Positions 29,545 to 39,001 of a DNA stretch of 64,000 nt are shown here, one piece after another (position 1 is the first letter of the stretch; the number at the start of each line of letters is the position of its first letter). A program made the position numbers and the translations under genes. This stretch comes from an uncultured Candidatus Saccharibacteria bacterium (GTDB lineage: Bacteria > Patescibacteriota > Minisyncoccia > Minisyncoccales > Staskawiczbacteraceae), in assembly GCA_964427585.1 (NCBI GenBank), contig CAYRVC010000001.1, positions 189,846-253,845 on the forward strand, given 5' to 3'. Under the pieces are notes generated by a model. It had not been told where the DNA came from and did not search any database. It worked only from the letters and a program-made list of their open reading frames with translations.

Positions 29545-29771
29545 ACAAGCCTGGCAAAATTGGACTGGCTTTTGGAATTTAATTTTACAAGAGGATATGA
29601 AACAAAATCCAAACCTATATAAAAAGAACAAAGCTAAATAGTTTTAACATCAGCCGGCTGGAATTTCAGTCGGTTTTGTTTTGCAAGATATATTGAGTTA
29701 TGATTAAATGATGTTGGCAGATAAAAATTAAAGAAAAATTGTATTTTTAGTATTAATTTTAATTTTATCTA

Positions 29772-29800
29772 TTGACACGCATTTTTCCGTTTAGTATACT
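29772..29800 (+). promoter_or_regulatory. sigma70-like promoter for the 29924-31453 cassette
   Basis: TTGACA, 17 nt spacer, TATACT in an AT-rich spacer. Confidence 0.45.
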
Positions 29801-29923
29801 GAAACATAACTTTATAATTTATTTATACTTAACCCAGCTTTTTAGATAGTAAATTTGTAAAAGTCATAAAAAATAAGAGTTATGACATTTCAACATAAAT
29901 ATCTATATTAGCTAAATAATAAT

Positions 29924-30265
29924 ATGAAAAGACAACCAAACGTAATAATTTCTGAGATTAGGGAGCTTATTGAAGAGTTATCTGTCGCCTTCGGTGAAGA
30001 GAAAAGCAGTAAAGGCATAATTAAACAGCAGGTTTCTACAGTTATGCCAAAAGGAGCTTTGGGTGCCATTCAGATGCTTATTGATGAAGGTTTTTTGAGC
30101 GAGCCAAAGGAAATATCGGTTATTCTTAATAGATTAAAAGAAATAGGTCATTCCCACAAATCAACGGCAATCGCCATGAATCTTCTAAACCTTACGAAAA
30201 GGAGATTGCTTAATAGGTTTAAAAATAAAGATACTAAAAATTGGGAATATGTGATTAGAAAATAA
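29924..30265 (+). CDS. hypothetical protein, C-terminal wHTH-like
   Basis: ORF in the accessory cassette. No recognised family. Confidence 0.5.
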   Translation: MKRQPNVIISEIRELIEELSVAFGEEKSSKGIIKQQVSTVMPKGALGAIQMLIDEGFLSEPKEISVILNRLKEIGHSHKSTAIAMNLLNLTKRRLLNRFKNKDTKNWEYVIRK

Positions 30266-30278
30266 TTTTGTTAAAAAC

Positions 30279-30683
30279 ATGACCAAAAATTTAGAAGAAC
30301 TTATAAAAGATATAGAGGAGCTAAAAATACGAGTCAAAAAAATAGAAGATGGTTTTTCGGTAAAAAGTAATGGCGGTATAAAGCCAGCCAAAGTTAAAGT
30401 AGAACCGATAGATTTCTCGTTAGGAATAAGGGCGTTCGCCAAAAGATATATCGCGGAGCGAAGTGGTCCTAAGAGGTTTACTTTGCTTATAGCATATTTT
30501 TCAAAGGGGAAACTAAATCAAGAAATTGATATTACCGAAATTCGCAAGCAATGGAACAAAATGAAGACTCTTTTGGGAGACTTCAATCGTTTTTATTCCA
30601 ATGAAGCGAAAAATAACGGCTGGGTTGATTCAAGGAAATATGGCTTTTATTTCTTAACGAAAGAATGGGAGCAGATATTATGA
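30279..30683 (+). CDS. hypothetical protein
   Basis: ORF with the same architecture style as the preceding gene. Confidence 0.5.
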   Translation: MTKNLEELIKDIEELKIRVKKIEDGFSVKSNGGIKPAKVKVEPIDFSLGIRAFAKRYIAERSGPKRFTLLIAYFSKGKLNQEIDITEIRKQWNKMKTLLGDFNRFYSNEAKNNGWVDSRKYGFYFLTKEWEQIL

Positions 30684-31453
30684 ATACAAAAATTAAAAAA
30701 ATTTTAAGCCGAAAATTTGATAAAGGTAAGACAGATGCCCTATTAAGGTATTTTTTGCTTAGTATTGGTAAATTTGAAGAGGGGGATTGGGAAGGTTCGC
30801 TTGAAAAGGCAGGTAAGTTTATTGAAATTGTTGTAAAAATAATCTGGCTTCACGCTGGTAAAAGTTTGCCGAAGCAAAAAGAATTTAAAGCTGGAAGATT
30901 AGCCAAGGACATAATTAAAATTGATTCGGCTATAATTACAGATGACGGAATAAGGGTGCAGGTACCAAGGGCATGTATTTTGATATATGATATTGTTTCC
31001 AACAGGGGAGGAAGGCATTATTCTGAAAAAATAAATGCCAATGAAATTGATGTCGGAATCGTATTGCCCGTTTGCTCATGGATTTTAGCAGAACTTGTAA
31101 GATTCTGCATAAACGGCTTATCGCCAGAAGAAGCAAAGGAAATAGTTAACTCCATAACAAAACGGCACTATCCTATTTTTGAGGAGATAGACGGGAGAGT
31201 ATACATTGATAACGAAAAATTTAAAAGTGCACCCGAATGCTTTTTATTGGTTTTATATCAGAAATATCCGTCAAGAATTTCTAAAGAGGAAACATTAACA
31301 ATCCTAAAAAATCACGGCTATAAAAGTAGTGCAATAAAATTTGAACGATTAAGGCAGTATATTGATATAGACGAGACAAATAACATTTTAATAAGAGCTA
31401 CTGGAAGAAAAAAAGTGGAGCAAATTTTAACACGGAATAATTCAGACCTGTAA
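30680..31453 (+). CDS. hypothetical protein, helical N-domain with an SNRGGRH motif (weakly HEPN-like) and a C-terminal wHTH-like region
   Basis: ATG at 30680 overlaps the upstream stop. The motif resemblance is weak. Confidence 0.45.
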   Translation: MNTKIKKILSRKFDKGKTDALLRYFLLSIGKFEEGDWEGSLEKAGKFIEIVVKIIWLHAGKSLPKQKEFKAGRLAKDIIKIDSAIITDDGIRVQVPRACILIYDIVSNRGGRHYSEKINANEIDVGIVLPVCSWILAELVRFCINGLSPEEAKEIVNSITKRHYPIFEEIDGRVYIDNEKFKSAPECFLLVLYQKYPSRISKEETLTILKNHGYKSSAIKFERLRQYIDIDETNNILIRATGRKKVEQILTRNNSDL

Positions 31454-31475
31454 TAATTGTCCGATTTGTGATAAA

Positions 31476-31513
31476 TTAAAGTCATAAGCTGGCATTAAAG
31501 TCATAAGCTGGCA
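31476..31513. repeat. perfect tandem duplication of a 19-mer (TTAAAGTCATAAGCTGGCA x2)
   Basis: Counted directly, at the distal edge of the accessory segment. Confidence 0.85.
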
Positions 31514-31589
31514 GAATTTGAACCCAATCCAAGGTTCGAAAGTCGTCTGCTAAAGTCCACAGCAAAAACGAGCAACTAAGAAAAAATTT

Positions 31590-31970
31590 ATGAAAAATAA
31601 AATAATCATACCGGCGGTTTTGCTTATTGTGGTTTTGATATTTTCTTTTGTTGCTCTTTCGCAGGCCGGAAGCAAAAACCAGCAAAATCAAAAAAACTCG
31701 GAAAGCCAAATTGTCCTTTATTACGGGGAGGGATGCCCTCATTGCAAAATTGTGGATGATTATATTGAAGAAAATAAAATTGGAGAAAAGGTTTCTTTCG
31801 TCCGCAAAGAGGTTTATTATGACCAGGAAAACCAGGAAGAATTGGTCAGAAGGGCAAGGGAATGCAGCGTCAGCGATGACAGCATCGGCGTGCCTTTTTT
31901 GTGGGACGGCAAAACATGCCTTATCGGCGACCAGGATATTATAAACTTTTTCAAAGATAAAGCTAAATGA
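31590..31970 (+). CDS. secreted/anchored thioredoxin-fold protein (CPHC active site)
   Basis: N-terminal TM/signal segment. LYYGEGCPHCK motif. Confidence 0.75.
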   Translation: MKNKIIIPAVLLIVVLIFSFVALSQAGSKNQQNQKNSESQIVLYYGEGCPHCKIVDDYIEENKIGEKVSFVRKEVYYDQENQEELVRRARECSVSDDSIGVPFLWDGKTCLIGDQDIINFFKDKAK

Positions 31971-32491
31971 AAAAAATATTTGTTTATATTCTTCTCTTTT
32001 CCTCGATGGGTTTAATTTTTGCAAAAGAAGCCCTCGCGGTCTGTCCGCTGTGCGCTATCGCCGTTGGCTCTGGAATCGGGTTTTCAAGATGGATAGGCGT
32101 TGATGATTCGGTTACCGGCTTGTGGATAGGCGGACTGATAGTTTCGATGATTGCCTGGACAATCTCGTGGTTTGATAAAAAAAACATCCGCTTTAAAGGA
32201 AAAACAATTTTAGCTGTTTTTGGTTTTTACATCATAACCGTCGTTCCTCTTTATTTTTACGGACTCTTGGGAAATGTTCAAAACAGCCTGTTCAATTGGG
32301 GCTTTTTTTATTTCGACAAACTGACCATAGGAATCATTGCCGGAAGCTCCGCGTTTTACTTTGGCGCCAGCCTTTATTATTTCCTCAAAGAAAAAAACCA
32401 AGGAAAGGCTTATTTTCCTTTCCAAAAAGTGGTTATGCCGGTTTCTCCCCTTATTATTTTAAGCCTGATTTTTTATTATTTAACCAAATAA
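31967..32491 (+). CDS. membrane protein with an N-terminal CPLC motif
   Basis: Four or five TM segments. 4-nt overlap with the thioredoxin-like gene. Confidence 0.55.
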   Translation: MKKIFVYILLFSSMGLIFAKEALAVCPLCAIAVGSGIGFSRWIGVDDSVTGLWIGGLIVSMIAWTISWFDKKNIRFKGKTILAVFGFYIITVVPLYFYGLLGNVQNSLFNWGFFYFDKLTIGIIAGSSAFYFGASLYYFLKEKNQGKAYFPFQKVVMPVSPLIILSLIFYYLTK

Positions 32492-32495
32492 CAAT

Positions 32496-33086
32496 ATGGA
32501 CAACATAGACAACGGACAAAATCCGATAAAAAATCTTGACGAATTTATTCAAAAAGTCAGTGATATGAAAAAGCAGGATAAAATGGATTTGTCTTCCGAC
32601 GAAGATTTGTCTTTGGCTATTATGAATCTGGTTTCCATAGAAGAACATTTCTTCTTTTCAGGAGCTAAAGGAGAGGAAAAAAAATATTACGGCCTCCTGA
32701 ATGAGGCGCGCGAAATGAGGAAAGAGCTGATGAAGAAGATAGAAAAAAATCCGGCATACGAAGAACACTGCATAATGAAGCACTTGCTGGCAGGATCCAT
32801 GAGGCTGATGGAAGTGGGAACAAAACAGCTGGGAATGGATAAAAAGGAGGAGGCTTATTATTTTTTTGAAAAGGCCTACAACCTGTATTCTCTTTTTTGG
32901 GGAATCAATCTTGGAGCCATAGTGGCAAAAGATATTAAAAAAATAGACGACGGAGCGCTTGATAAAGGCGATAAAGAATCCATTTTGGCCGCCAGCCAAA
33001 CTGCGGCCGGAGACAGCGGCGAGAAAGGACTAATGGGAAAACTTGGAAAAATAATCAAAAAAATAGTTGACTGCTGCATAGAATAA
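32496..33086 (+). CDS. hypothetical protein
   Basis: ORF only. Confidence 0.5.
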   Translation: MDNIDNGQNPIKNLDEFIQKVSDMKKQDKMDLSSDEDLSLAIMNLVSIEEHFFFSGAKGEEKKYYGLLNEAREMRKELMKKIEKNPAYEEHCIMKHLLAGSMRLMEVGTKQLGMDKKEEAYYFFEKAYNLYSLFWGINLGAIVAKDIKKIDDGALDKGDKESILAASQTAAGDSGEKGLMGKLGKIIKKIVDCCIE

Positions 33087-33102
33087 ATTTATCATATAAA
33101 AT

Positions 33103-34302
33103 ATGGCTGACCTAAAAAATATCTTAAACAAAAAGTGGGTCAAGGCAATGGGATTGCTGATATGCTTTTTAGCTGTTTTCCAACTGGGGGTCTTTGTGGG
33201 AAGCGCCAATTTTTTTTATTACGTTCCCCAGCCTGAAGAAATAGATTTTTCCCTTTTTTGGGATTCTTACAACAAACTTAAGAAAAATTTCGTTAATCCT
33301 GAGGCAATAGACGTAAAAAAAATAGTTTACGGAGCGATTTCCGGAATGACAAAAACGCTGGGCGACCCTTATACTGATTTTTTCGACCCGACAGAGGCTG
33401 AAAAATTTTTCCAGGACCTTTCCGGATCTTTTGAAGGAATCGGGGTGGAAATAGGCCTGAAAAATAACCGGCCTACCGTAATCTCTCCTTTGGAAGGCAC
33501 GCCCGGCAAAAAAGCTGGATTAAAACCCGGAGACGTAATTCTGGAAATAAATGAAAAAAGCACCTACGACATGACAGTGGAAGAAGCGGTAAGCTTGATC
33601 AGGGGGCCAAAAGGAACGGATGTCGTTTTAACTGTTTTTAGGCAAGAATGGGACAGGCCCAGAGAAATAAAAATAACCAGGGATGTGATTAAAATTCCGG
33701 CAATGGTCTGGGAATTGAAAGAAGGGGATACGGCCTACATAAAAATATACCAATTTGACAATGTCCTGGCTCAAGACTTCAGGAAAGCGGCTTTTCAGAT
33801 ACTTAACAGCCAGGCAAAAAGGATAATATTGGACCTGAGAAACAACCCTGGCGGATACCTTGAAGTAAGCCAGGATATCGCAGGCTGGTTTTTGGAAAAA
33901 GGGACGATTGTCACCATTGAAGACTTCGGACAGGGTGAAGAGCAAAAAACATTTAAAGCGGAGGGAAGCGCTGTTTTTATGGACTACCCGACTGTTGTTT
34001 TGATAAACGGGGGCACTGCTTCCGCTTCCGAAATTCTTGCCGGCGCCCTGAGAGACAACAGGAATGTCAAATTAATCGGAGATAAGTCTTTTGGCAAGGG
34101 ATCCGTGCAGGAAATAATAAACTTAATGGACGGATCTTTTTTGAAAATAACAATCGCCAAATGGCTTACCCCGAAAGGCCAGTCTATTTCAGATTTGGGG
34201 CTGGAGCCTGATATAAAGGTGGAGATATCGGATGAAGATATTGAACAGGACAAAGACCCTCAACTTCAAAAAGCACTTGAAATTATAAAAGGATTAGAGT
34301 AA
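33103..34302 (+). CDS. C-terminal processing peptidase (S41, Ctp/Prc-like) with PDZ domain
   Basis: PDZ PGKKAGLKPGDVILEIN. Catalytic region GGTASASEI ... GDKSFGKGSVQ. Confidence 0.85.
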   Translation: MADLKNILNKKWVKAMGLLICFLAVFQLGVFVGSANFFYYVPQPEEIDFSLFWDSYNKLKKNFVNPEAIDVKKIVYGAISGMTKTLGDPYTDFFDPTEAEKFFQDLSGSFEGIGVEIGLKNNRPTVISPLEGTPGKKAGLKPGDVILEINEKSTYDMTVEEAVSLIRGPKGTDVVLTVFRQEWDRPREIKITRDVIKIPAMVWELKEGDTAYIKIYQFDNVLAQDFRKAAFQILNSQAKRIILDLRNNPGGYLEVSQDIAGWFLEKGTIVTIEDFGQGEEQKTFKAEGSAVFMDYPTVVLINGGTASASEILAGALRDNRNVKLIGDKSFGKGSVQEIINLMDGSFLKITIAKWLTPKGQSISDLGLEPDIKVEISDEDIEQDKDPQLQKALEIIKGLE

Positions 34303-34335
34303 AATATAATTGAATTATTAATTAAAAGAAGTATT

Positions 34336-34785
34336 ATGAAAGTTATTCTTCTTGAAAATATCGACGGCTTGGGAAAAAAATACGAAATAAAAGAAGTCAA
34401 AAGCGGATACGCCAGGAACTTTCTATTGCCAAAAAACTTGGCAAAACAAGCCACAAAAAAAGCTTTGGAATGGCTGGAAAGCCAAAAAGAAACAATAGAG
34501 AAGACAGCCGAAGAAGAGCTGAAAAAAATCCAGGAACTGGCGTCGGGCATCGACGGATTTGAAGTAACCATTCAGGTAAAAGTGGGGGAGGAGGGCCAGC
34601 TTTTTGAATCCATAAACCAGCAAAAAATATCAGACAAGCTTAAAGACAGCGGATTTGAAGTCAAAAAATCCCAAATAGACCTGCCAGATCCGATAAAAGA
34701 ATTGGGAGAGTTCCCCGTAAAAATCAATTTAGAGCATAATCTGGAAGCGGAAATAAAAGTAATAGTCGCGGAAGAAAAAATATAA
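34336..34785 (+). CDS. rplI: 50S ribosomal protein L9
   Basis: MKVILLENIDGLGKKYEIKEVKSGYARNFLLPKNLA. Confidence 0.9.
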   Translation: MKVILLENIDGLGKKYEIKEVKSGYARNFLLPKNLAKQATKKALEWLESQKETIEKTAEEELKKIQELASGIDGFEVTIQVKVGEEGQLFESINQQKISDKLKDSGFEVKKSQIDLPDPIKELGEFPVKINLEHNLEAEIKVIVAEEKI

Positions 34786-34832
34786 ACTAAATAACGCAAA
34801 AAATATCAATATATATTGATATTTTTGTATAA

Positions 34833-36515
34833 ATGGCAAAATATATTTTTGTTGCGGGAGGCGTAATGTCGGGGATCGGCAAGGGAATAGCAACAGCGTC
34901 CATCGGCAGAATATTGAAAAGCAAGGGCTTTTTAGTGACTGCAATCAAGATCGACCCTTACATAAACGTGGATGCGGGGACAATGAATCCCATTGAGCAC
35001 GGAGAGGTTTTTGTAACCGATGACGGAACGGAATGCGACCAGGATGTGGGCAACTACGAAAGATTTTTAGACGAAAATATATATACAGACAACTATTTAA
35101 CCACGGGCCGGGTCTATCAGGCCGTCATAAACAGAGAAAGAAATCTTGAATATAACGGGAGATGCGTTGAAGTTGTTCCGGATATTCCAAACGAAGTAAT
35201 ATCCAGAATCGTGAAAGCGGGAAAAAAAAGCAAAGCGGACTTTGTTCTGATCGAAATCGGGGGCACGGTGGGCGAGTACCAGAACCTGCTGTTTTTGGAA
35301 GCCGGAAGAATGTTAAAAATAGCGCATCCTAAAAATGTGCTTTTTATATTGGTAAGCTATATGCCAGTTCCCGGCATAATAGGGGAGATGAAAACAAAGC
35401 CAACCCAGTACGCCGTAAGAACCCTTAATTCAGCTGGCATACAGCCTGATATTATCCTGGCCAGGTCCATTGTTCCCTTAGACGAACCAAGAAAAAAGAA
35501 GCTTTCCAATTTCTGCAATATTGCTTCAGAAGACATAATTTCAGCCCCGGATATAGAATCTGTTTATGAGGCGCCTGTTAATTTTGAAAAAGAAAACCTG
35601 GGAAACAGGATTTTGCGAAAATTCGGACTGAAACCCAGGCAATCGGATTTAAAAGACTGGCAGAGCCTGGTAAAGATTATTAAAAATTCGCCAAAGCCCG
35701 TTGAAATAGGGATCGTTGGCAAATATTTTGAAACCGGAAAATTCACCCTGATGGATTCGTATATTTCCGTAATTGAAGCGGTAAAGCACGCCTGTTTTTC
35801 CAACAACAGAAAGCCTAAAATTTCCTGGCTTTCCGCCGAAGATTTTGAAAAAAATCCGGCTTCATTGAAAAATTTGGAAAAATACGCCGGAATAATCGTG
35901 CCTGGCGGATTCGGCAATAGGGGAGTGGAGGGAAAAATAAAGGCTATCGGATATTGCAGGAAAAATAAAATTCCTTTTTTGGGCTTGTGCCTCGGAATGC
36001 AGCTGGCAACCATAGAATTTGCCAGAAACGAATGCGGCTTGGAAGACGCCACCTCCTCAGAATTCAAAAAAAATTCCAAAAATACGGTAATTGACGTAAT
36101 GGAGGATCAAAAAACGCTTTTAAAAGAAAAAAAATACGGCGGGACAATGCGGTTGGGCAGATATGACTGCGAATTAAGGCCTGGAACAATAAGTCATAAA
36201 GCCTACGGCAAACTGGAAATATCCGAAAGGCATCGCCACCGCTACGAGTTGAACAACAAATTCAGAAATATTTTAGAAAAAAACGGGCTGGTGATGGCAG
36301 GAATAAATCTAAAAAAAAATCTGGTAGAGATTATTGAAATTCAAAATCATCCCTTTTTCGTTGCCACCCAATTCCATCCTGAATTCAAATCAAGGCCGCT
36401 GAATCCGCACCCCTTGTTCAAAGAATTTGTCAGAATGTCTATAAAAACCAGCGAAGAAAAAAAGGGAGGATATTTAACCCCTGCAATAAAAAAGTCTTCC
36501 AGTCCGGTTGACTGA
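34833..36515 (+). CDS. pyrG: CTP synthase
   Basis: KYIFV.GGV.S.IGKGI...S.G..L, and the glutaminase GLCLGMQ triad region. Confidence 0.97.
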   Translation: MAKYIFVAGGVMSGIGKGIATASIGRILKSKGFLVTAIKIDPYINVDAGTMNPIEHGEVFVTDDGTECDQDVGNYERFLDENIYTDNYLTTGRVYQAVINRERNLEYNGRCVEVVPDIPNEVISRIVKAGKKSKADFVLIEIGGTVGEYQNLLFLEAGRMLKIAHPKNVLFILVSYMPVPGIIGEMKTKPTQYAVRTLNSAGIQPDIILARSIVPLDEPRKKKLSNFCNIASEDIISAPDIESVYEAPVNFEKENLGNRILRKFGLKPRQSDLKDWQSLVKIIKNSPKPVEIGIVGKYFETGKFTLMDSYISVIEAVKHACFSNNRKPKISWLSAEDFEKNPASLKNLEKYAGIIVPGGFGNRGVEGKIKAIGYCRKNKIPFLGLCLGMQLATIEFARNECGLEDATSSEFKKNSKNTVIDVMEDQKTLLKEKKYGGTMRLGRYDCELRPGTISHKAYGKLEISERHRHRYELNNKFRNILEKNGLVMAGINLKKNLVEIIEIQNHPFFVATQFHPEFKSRPLNPHPLFKEFVRMSIKTSEEKKGGYLTPAIKKSSSPVD

Positions 36516-36533
36516 AAGACTTTCCGGTTATTA

Positions 36534-36815
36534 TCATTTGCCCGCGTCCACGGAAACAATTTTTGCCAATCTTTGAGAGCCGTTGAAAAGCTTCTTTCTT
36601 TTTGAGGCAAATCGGACAACGCCGTTTTTCAAGGCATAAATGGTATCGTCCGAACCCAATTTTACATTTTTTCCGGGAAGATATTTTGTGCCCCTCTGCC
36701 TTATGATTATCATTCCGCTTCTGACGAACTGGCCGGAATGCGCTTTTACCCCGAGCCTTTTTGATTCCGAATCCCTTCCCAGCCTGCTTGAACCTCCTGA
36801 TTTTGTTTTAGACAT
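36534..36815 (-). CDS. rpmA: 50S ribosomal protein L27
   Basis: [23 protein letters not shown]...[17 protein letters not shown]...G.V.F. Confidence 0.92.
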   Translation of the reverse strand: MSKTKSGGSSRLGRDSESKRLGVKAHSGQFVRSGMIIIRQRGTKYLPGKNVKLGSDDTIYALKNGVVRFASKRKKLFNGSQRLAKIVSVDAGK

Positions 36816-36859
36816 AATGCGAATATTTAAATATTTTAATGTTTAAATTTCAATAGTTA

Positions 36860-37012
36860 ATGCTATCAGAAATAAACAAATTTGTCAAAGAAAAATTCAA
36901 AGATATCATGCTTTTCGCTATTATCGGCTTGCTGTTAATGCTTTCTTTCGCTTCAGGATACATAGCCGCCAAATACGAAAACAAAGAACCCGTGCAGATA
37001 ACCGATAAATAA
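36860..37012 (+). CDS. small (50 aa) membrane protein, not in ORF track
   Basis: Translation MLSEINKFVKEKFKDIMLFAIIGLLLMLSFASGYIAAKYENKEPVQITDK*. Ends 5 nt before uppS. Confidence 0.3.
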   Translation: MLSEINKFVKEKFKDIMLFAIIGLLLMLSFASGYIAAKYENKEPVQITDK

Positions 37013-37017
37013 AATTT

Positions 37018-37761
37018 ATGGATACAAACCAAAAAATAGACGCTAAATCAGAATCTAAAATTATAAACCCGAGCCGCATGGTGATTCCCCGGCATATAGT
37101 TTTATTTCCCGACGGCAACCGGCGCTGGGCCAGGCAAAGAGGGTTGGCTACTTTTAGCGGACATCAAGAGGGCTATGACAATCTTCTTAATTTTTCCGAA
37201 TGGTGCAAAAACAGGGGAGTGAAAGCGCTGACTGCTTTTGGATTCTCGACTGAAAATTGGAACAGATCAAAAAAAGAAGTCGATTATTTAATGAACTTGC
37301 TGGAAAAGTGCCTTACGGACAACATAAAAAAATATAACAAAGATAAAATAAAAATACGAGTTATCGGCCAAAGGGAACGGCTGCCAGAATCGCTTCAAAG
37401 GGCAATAGAAAATACCGAGAAAGCCACTGAAAGCAACTCTGATCTCTTTCTCAACCTGGCCATAAGCTATGGGGGAAAATGGGATATCATGCAGGCGATT
37501 AAAAAAATAATCGAAAATAAAATCCCTTCAGAAAAGATAGATGAAAAATTATTTGAAAGTTATCTGTCAACGGCCAGCCTGCCAAATCCCGACCTGATAA
37601 TCCGGGCTGGCGGAGAGCAAAGGATGTCAAACTTCGTATTGTGGCAGGCGGCTTATTCAGAGCTGTATTTCTGCCCGAAATTCTGGCCAGACTTTTCAGA
37701 AAAGGACCTGGATGACGCCTTAATTGAATTCAACCGCCGCCAGCGCAGATTCGGCAAATAG
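37018..37761 (+). CDS. uppS: undecaprenyl pyrophosphate synthase
   Basis: PRHI...PDGNRRWA ... FSTENW.R...EV..LM ... RTSGE.R.SNF.LWQ..Y.E variants. Confidence 0.93.
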   Translation: MDTNQKIDAKSESKIINPSRMVIPRHIVLFPDGNRRWARQRGLATFSGHQEGYDNLLNFSEWCKNRGVKALTAFGFSTENWNRSKKEVDYLMNLLEKCLTDNIKKYNKDKIKIRVIGQRERLPESLQRAIENTEKATESNSDLFLNLAISYGGKWDIMQAIKKIIENKIPSEKIDEKLFESYLSTASLPNPDLIIRAGGEQRMSNFVLWQAAYSELYFCPKFWPDFSEKDLDDALIEFNRRQRRFGK

Positions 37762-37770
37762 ATGTCCTGC

Positions 37771-37799
37771 TTGACAAATAATTTATTGTGCGACATAAT
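37771..37799 (+). promoter_or_regulatory. sigma70-like promoter
   Basis: TTGACA, 17 nt spacer, CATAAT, upstream of the 37844 ORF. Confidence 0.5.
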
Positions 37800-37843
37800 T
37801 ACCGTTAATGCTCCATCAAGGCAAAGAAAAAGGAGTTCAAGCT

Positions 37844-38221
37844 ATGATTGAAAGCCCCTGCTCCAGAATTGTTTTTGCTCATTTAAAATTAAAAATTGCA
37901 GACAAGGATTTAATCGGTTTTGTGGATTTTTTTGCAGATACAATTACCATTTGGCTGATTCCCGGTTTAGCGAAAATCTCATTATTTGATTGGGCAGAAA
38001 AATTTGCTAAAGATATAAAAGAAATCAATAAAGCTATTATTGATGGGTATGATTTACCAGATAGAGAAGGGTGGCTAAGGCGAATCGTCGCCTCGCTTGA
38101 GAAAAAACGGGTAGTTATGCCAAGGTCTTCGTATAATGCTTTAGAGAATGCAATCCGGTTGCTCAGTAAAGGCCGTGTGGAGCTGGAAAGACTGGACACG
38201 CTTTATCTGCGAGACAGTTGA
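37844..38221 (+). CDS. hypothetical protein
   Basis: AAAGGAG RBS 8 nt before the ATG at 37844, which is internal to the track ORF starting at 37808. Confidence 0.5.
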   Translation: MIESPCSRIVFAHLKLKIADKDLIGFVDFFADTITIWLIPGLAKISLFDWAEKFAKDIKEINKAIIDGYDLPDREGWLRRIVASLEKKRVVMPRSSYNALENAIRLLSKGRVELERLDTLYLRDS

Positions 38222-38314
38222 AGCTATACTACCATTTCAATCCTTTCTGGCAAAGGAGGAAAAGATGCAAGAAGGGAAATTTACCGAACAGTGCGAAAAA
38301 GTTTTGAAAACAGC

Positions 38315-38350
38315 AAAAAAGCCCAATGATAAAAATCATTGGGCTTTTAA
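38315..38350. terminator. bidirectional rho-independent terminator
   Basis: AAAAAA-GCCCAATGAT-AAAA-ATCATTGGGC-TTTT, between convergent genes. Confidence 0.8.
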
Positions 38351-38365
38351 TTAATTCGTGTATTG

Positions 38366-38872
38366 TCAATTAGTTTTTGCGAAAGACCGGGCTATTTCTA
38401 TCCATTTTGGCTGTTTTGGCCCTTTTTTATACTTTGTTGAGGATTTCTGTATTTCTATTAAAGAATGGAGGTCATTTTTTTTCCATGAAGCCAGATTTTT
38501 TCCCTTGTTCTTGAAAATAATTTCGCTGGCTCTGCGCCACAATTCAAAGTCTTTGGATTTTTTTCCAGTCAATTTGTTCTTTTTGAGAAGAGGGATTACC
38601 TTATTATTTATATCCTCAATTTTTTGAACCGAATATCTTGCCTGGCCGCCGGAAACAGAAATTTCTCCGCAGTCAAATTGTTGTTTTGCTGCTTCTAAAA
38701 GACTTGAATTTTCTTTCGGATTAGTAATCACAAATTGAATTTTCCACCTGTAATAAGTGGGGGAGTTGAGCCTTTCGTGCCTAACATCTTTCCTAAACTG
38801 TAAATCAAAACATCCGCCATTATTAATTAAGTCCGCTATATTTAAATCTTTTGTCATAATTATTTTTTTCAA
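38366..38872 (-). CDS. free-standing single-motif LAGLIDADG-family homing-endonuclease-like protein with a degenerate motif
   Basis: IADLINNGGCF lies in the LAGLIDADG position. The downstream region fits the family pattern: ...FDCGEISVSGGQARYSV.KIEDINNKVIPLLKKNKLTGKKSKDFELW. Confidence 0.6.
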   Translation of the reverse strand: MKKIIMTKDLNIADLINNGGCFDLQFRKDVRHERLNSPTYYRWKIQFVITNPKENSSLLEAAKQQFDCGEISVSGGQARYSVQKIEDINNKVIPLLKKNKLTGKKSKDFELWRRASEIIFKNKGKNLASWKKNDLHSLIEIQKSSTKYKKGPKQPKWIEIARSFAKTN

Positions 38873-39001
38873 TTTTAATTATTTTATCTAACTTCTTATT
38901 TTATTTTACCACTTCTTTTATTATGCGACAACATTGTTTTAAAAAAAGCCGGCTCTTTAGTAATAACGGCTTCAATATTTTTATTGTGCGACATTCATTA
39001 T

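Noticed and set aside
31500-31560. Possible tRNA fragment or att site (GAATTTGAACC..GGTTCGAAAG)
   Set aside because: I could not fold a T-arm or acceptor stem with proper pairing, and there is no match to the 3' ends of the two tRNAs in the window.
31482-32024. 180-aa minus-strand ORF
   Set aside because: It is antisense to the CPHC thioredoxin-like gene, has low-complexity translation, and has no RBS.
38266-38352. 28-aa ORF with a good RBS (MQEGKFTEQCEKVLKTAKKPNDKNHWAFN*)
   Set aside because: Its 3' third is the bidirectional terminator hairpin. It is too short and unsupported, so it is left unannotated.
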